Below, one piece after another: positions 1-8,685 of a DNA stretch of 44,517 bases. The position numbers and the translations under genes are program-made. The notes below the pieces were generated by a model, which worked only from the letters and a program-made list of their open reading frames with translations, had not been told where the DNA came from and made no database searches. Numbering within the stretch: position 1 is the first letter of the stretch; each line of letters starts with the position of its first letter. Source of the stretch: Escherichia phage vB_EcoM_SHAK7858. The stretch lies in the sequence record OR594183. One strand, given 5' to 3'.

Positions 1-1224
1 ATGCATTGCAAGTTTCCGGCATTCGTAGCTGGCTTCGGTACGGGTAAATCCGAAGTTATGTGCAACTCTGCACTACTCGACAGCATGGAAGGTGGTAGCG
101 ATTCTATCATCGCCATGTATGAGCCGACTTATGACCTGGTGCGCCTCATCCTTGCACCGCGTATGGAAGAAAAGCTCACCGACTGGGGTATCCGGTACAA
201 ATACAACAAGTCTGACAACATAATCTATACGTCTTCCGGACAATTTGGGGATTTTGTTCTGCGTACACTTGATAATCCAGCACGAATCGTTGGCTACGAA
301 TCGTTTCGTGCGAAAATCGACGAGTTGGACACCCTTAACATGGAGCACGCCGAGCACGCGTGGAACAAAGTCATCGCCCGTAACCGCCAGTTGCCGCGGA
401 CATATAAACCTATTACACCGAAACCTGCTAATACCGTTTCCGTGTTCACTACCCCGGAAGGATTCCGTTTCGTACATGACCGCTGGGTAGTCAAAAAGAA
501 TCCAGGCTACGAGATGATTCAGGCGTCCACCCTGTCTAACCCGTTCCTGCCAGAAGATTATGTGCAGTCGTTACGCGACACATACCCAGGTCAGTTGATT
601 GACGCCTACATCAACGGCGAGTTCGTCAACCTGACGGCGGGGACTGTCTATTACGCCTATGACCGCAGGAAAAACAGCAGCCGCGAAACAATAAAACCAG
701 GCGAGACTCTGTATATCGGGCAGGACTTTAACGTAGGCCACATGGCTAGTACAGTTTACGTGCAACGTGGCAAAGTCTGGCATGCAGTCGCCGAGTTGGT
801 GGATATGTTCGATACGCCCGATGTGGTGAGAGCCGTAACAGAGCGCTGGAAAAGTAAGGGCCACTATATCGTTATGTACCCCGACGCAAGCGGTAAAAAC
901 CGTAAAAGTAACAACGCCAGCACATCTGATATTGCCCAGTTACAGCAGGCCGGCTTCGAAGTGCGCGCTAAATCGACAAACCCACCGGTTAAAGACCGCG
1001 TAGCGGCGATGAATAAGGCGCTTGAATCTGGTATGGTCATGATTAATGAACAGGCTTGCCCTGTTACCGCACGATGCCTGGAGCAACAGGCTTACGACAA
1101 GAACGGCGAACCGGATAAATCAGGCGATGTGGACCACCAGAATGATGGAACCACATACCCTATAGCGTATGAAATGCCGATTCGCAAACCAGTTATTAAC
1201 GTCCCGGTGACTTTCGCACTTTAA
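1..1224 (+). CDS. Terminase large subunit, C-terminal 407 aa of the gene; the 5' end appears to lie at 44470-44517
   Basis: Walker-A-like AGFGTGKS at the N-terminal end of the fragment, RNase-H-like nuclease-type C-terminal region, position directly upstream of portal. Reading frame is continuous across the window junction. Confidence 0.85.
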   Translation: MHCKFPAFVAGFGTGKSEVMCNSALLDSMEGGSDSIIAMYEPTYDLVRLILAPRMEEKLTDWGIRYKYNKSDNIIYTSSGQFGDFVLRTLDNPARIVGYESFRAKIDELDTLNMEHAEHAWNKVIARNRQLPRTYKPITPKPANTVSVFTTPEGFRFVHDRWVVKKNPGYEMIQASTLSNPFLPEDYVQSLRDTYPGQLIDAYINGEFVNLTAGTVYYAYDRRKNSSRETIKPGETLYIGQDFNVGHMASTVYVQRGKVWHAVAELVDMFDTPDVVRAVTERWKSKGHYIVMYPDASGKNRKSNNASTSDIAQLQQAGFEVRAKSTNPPVKDRVAAMNKALESGMVMINEQACPVTARCLEQQAYDKNGEPDKSGDVDHQNDGTTYPIAYEMPIRKPVINVPVTFAL

Positions 1225-1236
1225 GAGGATTATTCA

Positions 1237-2712
1237 ATGTTAACTATGAACGGTCAGAATCAGGGTGTTAAGACAAAACACCGGGAATGGCTGCATCACT
1301 TCGATAAATGGCAGAAGGTACGCCACGCTCTTGAAGGCGACCTTATCCGCTATCTGCGCAACGTCGGGAAGAACGAGCCTGACCAGACCTACGCAGCACA
1401 GCGACAGGAAGAATACGAGAACGGCGCTATCTGCTACAATTTCACCAAACGCACGCTGGCGGGGATGACGGGGTCAGTGATGCGCAAAGACCCTGAGCAG
1501 ATTATCCCGCCTGAACTTGAGTACCTGTTGCACAACGCTGACGGTTCAGGTGTCGGGCTGTGGCAGCACGCGCAGGATACGCTGATGGAGATTAACTCGA
1601 TAGGCCGTGGCGGGTTGCTGGTGGACGCCCCGGAAACAGCCGCAGCAACGGCGGCAGAGCAGAACGCGGGATTATTAAACCCGGTAATCGCATTCTATAC
1701 CGCGGAGAACATTATCAACTGGAGACTCACCCGCATCGGTTCAGTGAACCGCGTGACGATGGTTGTATTGCGTGAGGCATGGGAATACTCGGAACCAGGC
1801 GCTGAGTTTGAAACAAAATTCGGCGAGCAATACCGCGTCCTTGACCTGATTGACGGTCGCTACCGCCAGCGCATCTACCGCTTCGATGCCGAAGGTGGCG
1901 CACAGGATGAAGTAATCGAAATCTTCCCGGAACTCGGCGAACAGTTGCGCGGTAAAATCCCGTTCACGTTCATTGGCGCAAGCAACAACGACGCCACTAT
2001 AGACGATGCGCCTTTACTGCCGTTAGCTGAGCTAAATATAGGACACTTCAGAAATTCGGCCGATGTGGAAGAGGCCAGCTTTATAGTAGGTCAACCGACA
2101 CTGTTCATTGCCCCCGGCGAGAACATGAGCATGGAGCAGTGGAAAGACGCCAACCCACACGGCATACGCATGGGGTCGCGTTCAGGCCACAACATCGGCT
2201 CCGGCGGAAATGCGTTTCTGGTTCAGGCGGCGGAAACTAACCTCGCCAAACAGAATATGCTGGATAAAGAGAATCAGGCCATCCAGATTGGCGCGCAGCT
2301 TATCACCCCGACGCAGCAAATCACCGCGGAATCGGCCCGCCTGCAACGCGGCGCCGACACGTCAGTCATGGCAACAATAGCACGTAATGTAAGCATGGCG
2401 TATACCGATGCGTTGCGCTGGGTTGCGGGTATGCTTGGGCTTAGTGAAGATACTGAGTTCAAGCTGAATATGGAATTCTTCCTGCAACCTATGACAGCTC
2501 AGGACCGCGCTCAGTGGATGGCGGATATTAACGCTGGCCTGCTACCCGCCACCGCTTACTATGCTGCGTTGCGCAAGGCAGGTGTGACTGACTGGACAGA
2601 TGAGGACATTCAGAACGCTATTGAAGACGCACCTCTGCCGTTGGGTTCTGTTGCTCAGGTAGCGGGAGAGATTCCGCAGTCGGCGCAGCAACAGGACACC
2701 ACTCAGCAGTAA
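1237..2712 (+). CDS. Portal protein
   Basis: 491 aa ORF immediately after the large terminase and before the Mu-F-like head protein; call is by size and gene order. Confidence 0.7.
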   Translation: MLTMNGQNQGVKTKHREWLHHFDKWQKVRHALEGDLIRYLRNVGKNEPDQTYAAQRQEEYENGAICYNFTKRTLAGMTGSVMRKDPEQIIPPELEYLLHNADGSGVGLWQHAQDTLMEINSIGRGGLLVDAPETAAATAAEQNAGLLNPVIAFYTAENIINWRLTRIGSVNRVTMVVLREAWEYSEPGAEFETKFGEQYRVLDLIDGRYRQRIYRFDAEGGAQDEVIEIFPELGEQLRGKIPFTFIGASNNDATIDDAPLLPLAELNIGHFRNSADVEEASFIVGQPTLFIAPGENMSMEQWKDANPHGIRMGSRSGHNIGSGGNAFLVQAAETNLAKQNMLDKENQAIQIGAQLITPTQQITAESARLQRGADTSVMATIARNVSMAYTDALRWVAGMLGLSEDTEFKLNMEFFLQPMTAQDRAQWMADINAGLLPATAYYAALRKAGVTDWTDEDIQNAIEDAPLPLGSVAQVAGEIPQSAQQQDTTQQ

Positions 2713-2722
2713 GTTCACCTAT

Positions 2723-2744
2723 AGCCCCGAAAGGGGCTTTCTTA
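2723..2744 (+). terminator. Hairpin plus T-rich tract after the portal gene
   Basis: agcccc-gaaa-ggggct followed by ttctta. Confidence 0.4.
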
Positions 2745-2748
2745 TAGT

Positions 2749-3825
2749 ATGCTATTAACTTTAGCGCCACAGGGTTTATCTATGAGCTTACTTACATCCC
2801 TAATCAGCCATCAGATATGGCTGCAACGCACCGCATCCGGTGAGGTGAAAGACCTCACGCCGTTCATTCAGGAGATAAGGGATGAAATCAAACGGCAGGT
2901 GCTGTTATTCGGTGACGACGGTCGCAGCACTGCGCGACTGAATAAACTGTTACGCGACCTGGAAGAAGCACTAACCGGTATTACGGGTGACTGGCAAACA
3001 AAGCTAACAGACGACCTTAAGGAACTGGCGGCGTACGAGGCTGAGTGGAACGTAAAGACACTGACCGCCAACGTAGACGCGGAATTTGTTACGCCTACCG
3101 CTGAGCAGGTATGGGCCGCTGCCGAGTTTCAACCATTATCATTGAGCGACAAGCCCGTTGATTTCACCAAGCTGATGTCTGGATGGGGCGAAACGGAAGT
3201 AGCACGTCTTGTAACTGGAGTTAAGATGGGCTTTGTGCAAGGTCAAACCACACGGCAGATTGTTAAGAATGTTGTTGGCGCTGGTGGACTAGCCGACATC
3301 TCAGAACGTAACGCGACTACGGTAATCCGCACCGCGCTGTCCCACGTATCCAACGAGGCCCGTAACGAGACGTACCGCCAGAACGACGACATCATCGAGA
3401 AGTACGAGTGGGTGTCAACGCTTGACAGCCGCACCAGTACGATTTGCAGGGTCAGAGACGGGATGACGTGGGAAATTGGTAAGGGGCCGATGCCCCCAGC
3501 CCATCCGAACTGCCGGTCGTGCACGGCTCCGGTAATCAGTTCCGAGTTCGACTTCCTCGATAAAGGCGCAAAACGCGCGGCTAAAGGCGCGGAAGGTGGC
3601 ACTCAGGTAAGCGCAGACACCACTTACTACGAGTTCCTTAAACAACAACCGGCGTGGTTTCAGGACCAGGCGCTCGGCCCGGTGCGAGGTAAGATTTTCC
3701 GTAACAGCGGTATATCGCCGGAAGAGTTTCGCGTAATATCTGTAGATGGTTTCGGGAATCCGCTCACGCTTAAGCAGATGGCGGAACTCGATAAACGTGT
3801 TGCTGATTATCTGAAAGGGGAATAA
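2749..3825 (+). CDS. Head morphogenesis protein (Mu gpF-like minor head protein)
   Basis: Conserved C-terminal HPNCRSC motif typical of the Mu F family; position after portal. Start could be 2749 or the ATG near 2779. Confidence 0.75.
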   Translation: MLLTLAPQGLSMSLLTSLISHQIWLQRTASGEVKDLTPFIQEIRDEIKRQVLLFGDDGRSTARLNKLLRDLEEALTGITGDWQTKLTDDLKELAAYEAEWNVKTLTANVDAEFVTPTAEQVWAAAEFQPLSLSDKPVDFTKLMSGWGETEVARLVTGVKMGFVQGQTTRQIVKNVVGAGGLADISERNATTVIRTALSHVSNEARNETYRQNDDIIEKYEWVSTLDSRTSTICRVRDGMTWEIGKGPMPPAHPNCRSCTAPVISSEFDFLDKGAKRAAKGAEGGTQVSADTTYYEFLKQQPAWFQDQALGPVRGKIFRNSGISPEEFRVISVDGFGNPLTLKQMAELDKRVADYLKGE

Positions 3826-4286
3826 TGATGGGCTTTTTCAAAGTAACTGACGTACCGTCTCGTCGCGTAGTCCAGTACGCCCGCGTGTCTGGCTCGGGCG
3901 AGAACGTGGTATTTATTGAGGACGAAAGTGTACTCGGTACACCGGTAGATGATATGCCGTTTGCAGATAAAACCGGTATTGCGTTGCCCGCCGCCGGTGT
4001 GCTTTATGAAATTCCGTATCTGGCGGACGCTGGCGACGTGTATTTCTCTGTGCAACCGAAAGACGCTGAACTGGCAGACGGCAGCGCGACTATCACTGTC
4101 GAAGTTAAGGCGGGTAAAGCGCCGTATACGCTGACCTGGTACAAAGACGGTAAGGAAGTGGTAAACGCCCCAGAAGAGGCTTTGTCTCTGTCGGTTAATG
4201 CGGTAGGTGAATACTTCGTTAAAGTTACTGATGCCGATGGCGTAGAGGTGGTGAGTAAAGCGGCGAAGGTCACTAAGCCAGAATGA
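3825..4286 (+). CDS. Ig-like domain protein (possible head decoration or accessory protein)
   Basis: C-terminal PYTLTWYKDGKEV...GEYFVKV pattern resembles an Ig-like fold; paralogous to the ORF at 7601-7951. Confidence 0.5.
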   Translation: MMGFFKVTDVPSRRVVQYARVSGSGENVVFIEDESVLGTPVDDMPFADKTGIALPAAGVLYEIPYLADAGDVYFSVQPKDAELADGSATITVEVKAGKAPYTLTWYKDGKEVVNAPEEALSLSVNAVGEYFVKVTDADGVEVVSKAAKVTKPE

Positions 4287-4290
4287 CAAA

Positions 4291-4321
4291 AGGCCCCGTT
4301 ATGGGGCCTTAGTTTTATTTT
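4291..4321. terminator. Bidirectional rho-independent terminator
   Basis: aggcccc-gttat-ggggcct followed by a T-run; lies between convergent genes. Confidence 0.6.
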
Positions 4322-4523
4322 AACGGAACCTTGTGTTTATGTAATCCTCATGCACGACCCTCAGAACAGTGTCGTAGTCCCCGTATCTTGCAGGGTCAAA
4401 TACATATAACGCCCTCTCAGCAGAATTTACGTCAGGGAAAACCTGAAGAACCTTTTTAACCCGGCACAAGTCGCCATCAAATTCTTCATCGAACTCTTGA
4501 ACTACTTCGCAAATCGCATACAT
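4320..4523 (-). CDS. Hypothetical small acidic protein (67 aa), reverse-strand orphan inside the head module
   Basis: ORF with a strong SD (aggagg) before the ATG, its own upstream promoter with the recurrent palindrome, terminator downstream. Confidence 0.55.
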   Translation of the reverse strand: MYAICEVVQEFDEEFDGDLCRVKKVLQVFPDVNSAERALYVFDPARYGDYDTVLRVVHEDYINTRFR

Positions 4524-4549
4524 TTCCGCCTCCTGTTTAATTTGACTGA

Positions 4550-4578
4550 ATAGTACCCTATTATGTTGTGGTGTGCAA
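4550..4578 (-). promoter_or_regulatory. Sigma70-like promoter (TTGCAC-N17-TACTAT) with embedded palindrome TGAATAG-N4-CTATTAT
   Basis: Hexamers and spacing read on the minus strand; palindrome at about 4547-4564; directly upstream of the 4320-4523 gene. Confidence 0.45.
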
Positions 4579-4644
4579 ACTATTTGTTTACGTATTCCAG
4601 TTATTCCACTCGATTGTAAATGTAGGAATAAACTATTCGAATAG

Positions 4645-4787
4645 TTGACTTTTCACTAAAAATGTGCTAAGCTCCACCTGAGCTTGTGAAGTATGAACAA
4701 GCGACCGCGGCGCGGGCAGGTAACGGAGCGGGACGTAAGTCCTGAGTGTAGTTACGCTGACGCGTTCGGAAGGGCCATACTCTATTG
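4645..4787 (+). promoter_or_regulatory. Conserved promoter-leader element, copy 1 (TTGACT-N17-TAAGCT plus about 115 nt of leader)
   Basis: About 80 percent identical by eye to 36228-36370, with a 51-nt perfectly identical core at 4660-4710; inverted repeat aagctc-cacct-gagctt at the -10/+1 region. Confidence 0.5.
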
Positions 4788-4853
4788 CTTGTGTAAAAAG
4801 TAACAGGTTTACTTAGATTACGCCGTTTCTATGTTTAAATGATAAGGACTAGC

Positions 4854-4880
4854 GCCCTGCTTTAAGGCAGGGCTTTACTT
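4854..4880 (+). terminator. Terminator-like hairpin in the leader upstream of the spanin genes
   Basis: gccctgc-tttaag-gcagggc followed by tttactt, about 190 nt downstream of the promoter at 4645. Confidence 0.4.
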
Positions 4881-4897
4881 ATCGAGAAAGGAGAAAC

Positions 4898-5284
4898 ATG
4901 AATCTTAAAGCAACCGTCGTAGCAGGAGCATGTTTCATCATCCTGGCTTACACACACGGCATTTATCAGTACCGCAGCGGCTGGCACGAAGGCCGGGCGA
5001 ATCTCGTTTCGCAGCAACAGCAGAAAGCGCAGGCGGAGTTAGCGAAGAAAACACAACGGCAGCAGCAGGACGAATCAAAGGCCGCCGCCGCCGACAACGA
5101 AGGCAAGACGAAATCAGAGGTGATTACCCGTGAAGTCGTTAAATACATTAAAACGCCGGGTCGCAGCGTGTGCACTTTCGACGATGCTCGCGTCCTGCTC
5201 AAGTCCCACGCCGTCGCAAACGCTAATTCCATTACCGGATACGACGATGATGCAGCCTCCGTGCAAACTGGCAGCGCCAAGTAG
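4898..5284 (+). CDS. Inner-membrane spanin component (Rz-like)
   Basis: N-terminal transmembrane segment followed by a Gln/Ala-rich helical region; a lipoprotein ORF overlaps in another frame. Confidence 0.55.
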   Translation: MNLKATVVAGACFIILAYTHGIYQYRSGWHEGRANLVSQQQQKAQAELAKKTQRQQQDESKAAAADNEGKTKSEVITREVVKYIKTPGRSVCTFDDARVLLKSHAVANANSITGYDDDAASVQTGSAK

Positions 5285-5393
5285 CGACGCTGACGAGGAT
5301 TTAGCTATCGACGTTCAGAACGCTGAATGCGTACGGCAGCTGCGGCTGAAAGTGTTCATGTTGCAGGATTACGTGAGGAATATTCTGGAATAG
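5130..5393 (+). CDS. Outer-membrane spanin component (Rz1-like lipoprotein), GTG start
   Basis: Signal peptide with lipobox LASC, proline-rich mature region, overlaps the 3' part of the Rz-like gene in a different frame and extends beyond it. Confidence 0.55.
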   Translation: MKSLNTLKRRVAACALSTMLASCSSPTPSQTLIPLPDTTMMQPPCKLAAPSSDADEDLAIDVQNAECVRQLRLKVFMLQDYVRNILE

Positions 5394-5475
5394 TTGCCTT
5401 GTATGTTGGAATAATTTATTCTTGACATGTAAATCCGGGAGGCCCGGATTCCAACGTCCAGGGGACATACTGACT

Positions 5476-6180
5476 ATGAATCGTTTTTTACGTTATCCGT
5501 TCCAGGAAGAAGCTGGGGCAGAAGATAAAGCTGGTGGCGGTGACGCGCCTAAAATGTTCACCGCTGAAGAAGTTCAGGCGCTGATTGAGAAAGAAGTTGC
5601 CGGGCTTAAGGCTAATCAGGAAGCATTGTTGGCGGAGAAGAAAGAAGCCGCTCGCAAAGCAAAAGAGGCCGAAGAAGAACGGCAGCGCGCGCACCAGGAG
5701 GCGTTAAAAGCCGCTGGTAAGATGGATGAGTTCGAAAAGACGATTCGTAGCCAGTATGACCCGGTGCTAGCCGAGAAAGATGGTCGCATCTCCAAAATGG
5801 CAGAGCGTATCCTCGGCAGCGAACGTAAAGCGGTGCTAGGCTCTTTCGCGGGTGACTTTATTACCCCAGAAGCAGTGGACATTCTTGCTCCGTTCGTTAA
5901 GACTGAGTTTGAAGGCGATGACGTGGTTACTAAGTTTGTTGGCGCAGACGGCAACGTAATCACGACTGACCCGGAACAGTTCCGCAAATACTTGCGAGAA
6001 CACAAAGCGTTTTCACATTTGATTAAAGCAAATGCAGCTTCCGGCGGCGGGGCTTCCGGTAGCAAAGGCGGCGGGGCCGCACCAGCGTTTAAAGACATGA
6101 GTGAAGCGGAGCGTATCGCTCTGTACGAATCGAACCCTGCCGAATTTGAACGGCAACTTAAAGCCCTGAGGAAAAAATAA
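5476..6180 (+). CDS. Head scaffolding protein (putative)
   Basis: Helical, charged, Ala/Glu/Lys-rich protein immediately upstream of the major capsid gene. ORF track opens at 5422 (TTG); the first ATG is at 5476. Confidence 0.5.
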   Translation: MNRFLRYPFQEEAGAEDKAGGGDAPKMFTAEEVQALIEKEVAGLKANQEALLAEKKEAARKAKEAEEERQRAHQEALKAAGKMDEFEKTIRSQYDPVLAEKDGRISKMAERILGSERKAVLGSFAGDFITPEAVDILAPFVKTEFEGDDVVTKFVGADGNVITTDPEQFRKYLREHKAFSHLIKANAASGGGASGSKGGGAAPAFKDMSEAERIALYESNPAEFERQLKALRKK

Positions 6181-7229
6181 TGGCAATTACTACTATCGGC
6201 GACATCGTAACTGGTAAAGAATCGGTAATCCTGTCCTACATGACAGAGGACCCGGTAGAGAAAACCGCGTTCTTCCAGTCCGGTATCCTTACCTCGACTC
6301 CGTATGCCGCCGCTATCGCAAACGGCCCGTCCAACAAAGCGGTCCTGCCGTACTGGAAAGCTATTGATACCTCTATCGAGCCGAACTACTCGAACGACGT
6401 ATATCAGGACGTCGCCACCCCGCGTAACGTGCAAACCGGTGAGATGGATGTTCGCGTAGCTTACCTGAACGAAGGTTTTGGTCAGGCGGATTTGACTGTC
6501 GAACTGACCAGCCAGAACCCGCTGCAATCCGTAGCGTCCCGTCTGGATAACTTCTGGCAGCGCCAGGCACAACGCCGTCTGATTGCTACCGCGCTCGGTC
6601 TGTACAACGACAACGTAGCTGCTACCGATGCTTACCACGAGCAGAACGACATGGTTATCGACGTGTCTGCTACTCTGGGCTTCGATGTGGGCGCGTTCAT
6701 CGACGCTACCCAGACTATGGGCGATGCTCTGACGGGCAACGGCGGTGAAGTGCTGGGGGCTATCGCGATGCATAGCTTCGTTTATGCGCAGGCACGTAAG
6801 CAGCAGCTTATCGACTTCATCCGTGACGCGGACAACAACACCATGTTCGCCACCTACCAGGGCTACCGCGTGATTGTTGACGACAGCATGACCGTAGTCG
6901 GCACTGGCCCGACCCGTAAGTTCATCTCCATCATCTTCGGCAACGGCGCTATCGGTTACGGCGAAGGTTCTCCGTCCAACCCGCTGGAATACGAGCGCGA
7001 AGCGTCCCGCGGCAACGGCGGCGGCGTTGAAACCCTGTGGACCCGTAAGACCTGGTTGCTACATCCGTTTGGTTACAGCTTCACCAGCGCAGTAATCACC
7101 GGTAACGGCACCGAGACTGTCGCACGTTCTGCTTCCTGGCAGGACCTGGCGAACGCCTCTAACTGGAGCCGTGTTGTTGACCGTAAGCACGTACCGATTG
7201 CCTTCCTGGTAACTGGTGTCGGTGCTTAA
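6180..7229 (+). CDS. Major capsid protein
   Basis: 349 aa ORF directly after the scaffold, followed by a strong terminator; call by position and size. Confidence 0.75.
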   Translation: MAITTIGDIVTGKESVILSYMTEDPVEKTAFFQSGILTSTPYAAAIANGPSNKAVLPYWKAIDTSIEPNYSNDVYQDVATPRNVQTGEMDVRVAYLNEGFGQADLTVELTSQNPLQSVASRLDNFWQRQAQRRLIATALGLYNDNVAATDAYHEQNDMVIDVSATLGFDVGAFIDATQTMGDALTGNGGEVLGAIAMHSFVYAQARKQQLIDFIRDADNNTMFATYQGYRVIVDDSMTVVGTGPTRKFISIIFGNGAIGYGEGSPSNPLEYEREASRGNGGGVETLWTRKTWLLHPFGYSFTSAVITGNGTETVARSASWQDLANASNWSRVVDRKHVPIAFLVTGVGA

Positions 7230-7246
7230 GGTTAAGCTATAATCGA

Positions 7247-7273
7247 GAGGGACTTCGGTCCCTCTTTTCATTT
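7247..7273 (+). terminator. Rho-independent terminator after the major capsid gene
   Basis: gagggac-ttcg-gtccctc followed by ttttcattt. Confidence 0.6.
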
Positions 7274-7288
7274 ACTAAGAGGTAAATT

Positions 7289-7588
7289 ATGGTCAAGACC
7301 GGAAAAGGCTTGCCGCGCAGCCTTCAGAATGTCGATTTCGGCGACTTTGATATCCCAGTCACGCCTGCTACTACCAGCGTAGTTGGTGGGGTTAAAAAGT
7401 CAGCTACTGTAGCCGCACCTGCGGCGGTTACCGCTGGTAAAGGAGCGCAGTCCGCCGCGGCACCGACTAAGGAAGAGTTCGACGCCCTTGTAGCGGAGTA
7501 CAACAAACTCCAAACCGATGTTACCGCGCTGCGCACTACCGTAGCAAATCTGTTGACTGCGCTTAAAAACGCAGGAACCGTAAGCTAA
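7289..7588 (+). CDS. Hypothetical head-associated protein (99 aa)
   Basis: Ala/Thr-rich ORF between capsid and neck genes. Confidence 0.45.
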   Translation: MVKTGKGLPRSLQNVDFGDFDIPVTPATTSVVGGVKKSATVAAPAAVTAGKGAQSAAAPTKEEFDALVAEYNKLQTDVTALRTTVANLLTALKNAGTVS

Positions 7589-7600
7589 AGGAGCTTAAAA

Positions 7601-7951
7601 ATGGTTGATGTAATCAAACGTCGTATTACCGGTGTTTCTGATGATTCTCCTGCCGATGGTCAGGTTGAAATCGATATGGCGAATATCTCGCCAGCGTCTT
7701 TTTCTACCGCGCTTGCGGCTACCACCGCAGTTACGGTGGGGCGGACTATGACTCTTACCGTAGTGGTAACTGGCGGTCTGGAGCCGTATTCCTACCAGTG
7801 GTACAAAGATAACAACGCCATCGACGGAGCCACCGCAGCTACCTATGCGAAGGCGTCCACTACTACCGCAGATTCAGGCACGTATAAAGTGGTTGTTCAC
7901 GATGTGTATGGTAATATTATCTCCAGCAGCACCGTAGCAACTGTGTCTTAA
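7601..7951 (+). CDS. Ig-like domain protein
   Basis: EPYSYQWYKDNNAI...GTYKVVV pattern; paralog of 3825-4286. Confidence 0.5.
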   Translation: MVDVIKRRITGVSDDSPADGQVEIDMANISPASFSTALAATTAVTVGRTMTLTVVVTGGLEPYSYQWYKDNNAIDGATAATYAKASTTTADSGTYKVVVHDVYGNIISSSTVATVS

Positions 7952-7987
7952 TACAACGGCCCTTCGGGGCCGTAATAAGGAAAGGTC

Positions 7988-8167
7988 ATGGCAGATAATT
8001 ACGTAATCCGCGAAAAGTATACCCACGTTGATATCGTTGACGGACAGGTGATGCCTGTTCGCGGTGTGGTAGAAGCGGATGAACTGGTTGCAACCCAACC
8101 AGACAATGAAGAAGCGCACAACAACGGCGGTGGTACTAAGCGTCGTCGCCGTAAGTCAGAGGAATAA
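7988..8167 (+). CDS. Hypothetical protein (59 aa, below the ORF-track cutoff)
   Basis: Uninterrupted frame with SD aaggaaagg upstream, fits the gap between neighbouring genes; basic C-terminus KRRRRK. Confidence 0.4.
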   Translation: MADNYVIREKYTHVDIVDGQVMPVRGVVEADELVATQPDNEEAHNNGGGTKRRRRKSEE

Positions 8168-8170
8168 TTT

Positions 8171-8683
8171 ATGCCGCTAATCGTGGAAACTGGGGTGATC
8201 GTCCCAAATGCCGACAGTTACATTAGTCTGGCTGACGCCCGCGCGTTAGCGGCTAATTATGGCCTTGAGCTGCCGGAAGACGATACCGCAGCAGAGGTGG
8301 CCTTACGCAACGGTGCTACTTATGTAGGGCTTGCAGAACCGCAGATGTGCGGTCGTCGAGTATCCGCCGAACAGTCTCTTGCATACCCCCGCACCGGCGT
8401 TACGTTAAACGGGTTCCCGGTGGTCAACAACGCCATTCCGAAACAGGTGATTCTTGCGCAGGTAATCGCTGCCGCTACATATGGCGAGGGCACCGAAGTC
8501 CGGGCTAACTCAGACGGTCGCGCCGTGCAGACTGAGCGTGTCGAGGGTGCGGTAACAGTGACCTACTTCAACAATGGCAACAGTGGCGCTACGACCGCGA
8601 TTACCGCTGCTGACGACGCTTTACGCCCGTTATTGTGTGGCGGTCTTAACAATGGTTTCTCGTTTAACGTGTACCGGGGTTAA
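8171..8683 (+). CDS. Putative head-tail connector/adaptor protein
   Basis: Position in the neck region; no diagnostic motif recognised. Confidence 0.4.
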   Translation: MPLIVETGVIVPNADSYISLADARALAANYGLELPEDDTAAEVALRNGATYVGLAEPQMCGRRVSAEQSLAYPRTGVTLNGFPVVNNAIPKQVILAQVIAAATYGEGTEVRANSDGRAVQTERVEGAVTVTYFNNGNSGATTAITAADDALRPLLCGGLNNGFSFNVYRG

Positions 8684-8685
8684 AA

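Noticed and set aside
4742-4751. Compensatory base changes in the diverged centre of the duplicated element as evidence for a conserved RNA stem
   Set aside because: I could not pair the flanks of the conserved ctgagtgtag 10-mer convincingly in both copies by eye; an RNA-structure claim would need a proper folding and covariation analysis.
5616-6773. 385-aa ORF on the minus strand
   Set aside because: Runs antisense across the scaffold and major capsid genes, has no ribosome-binding site or promoter context and a low-complexity Ser/Ala/Arg-rich composition typical of antisense frames in GC-balanced coding DNA.
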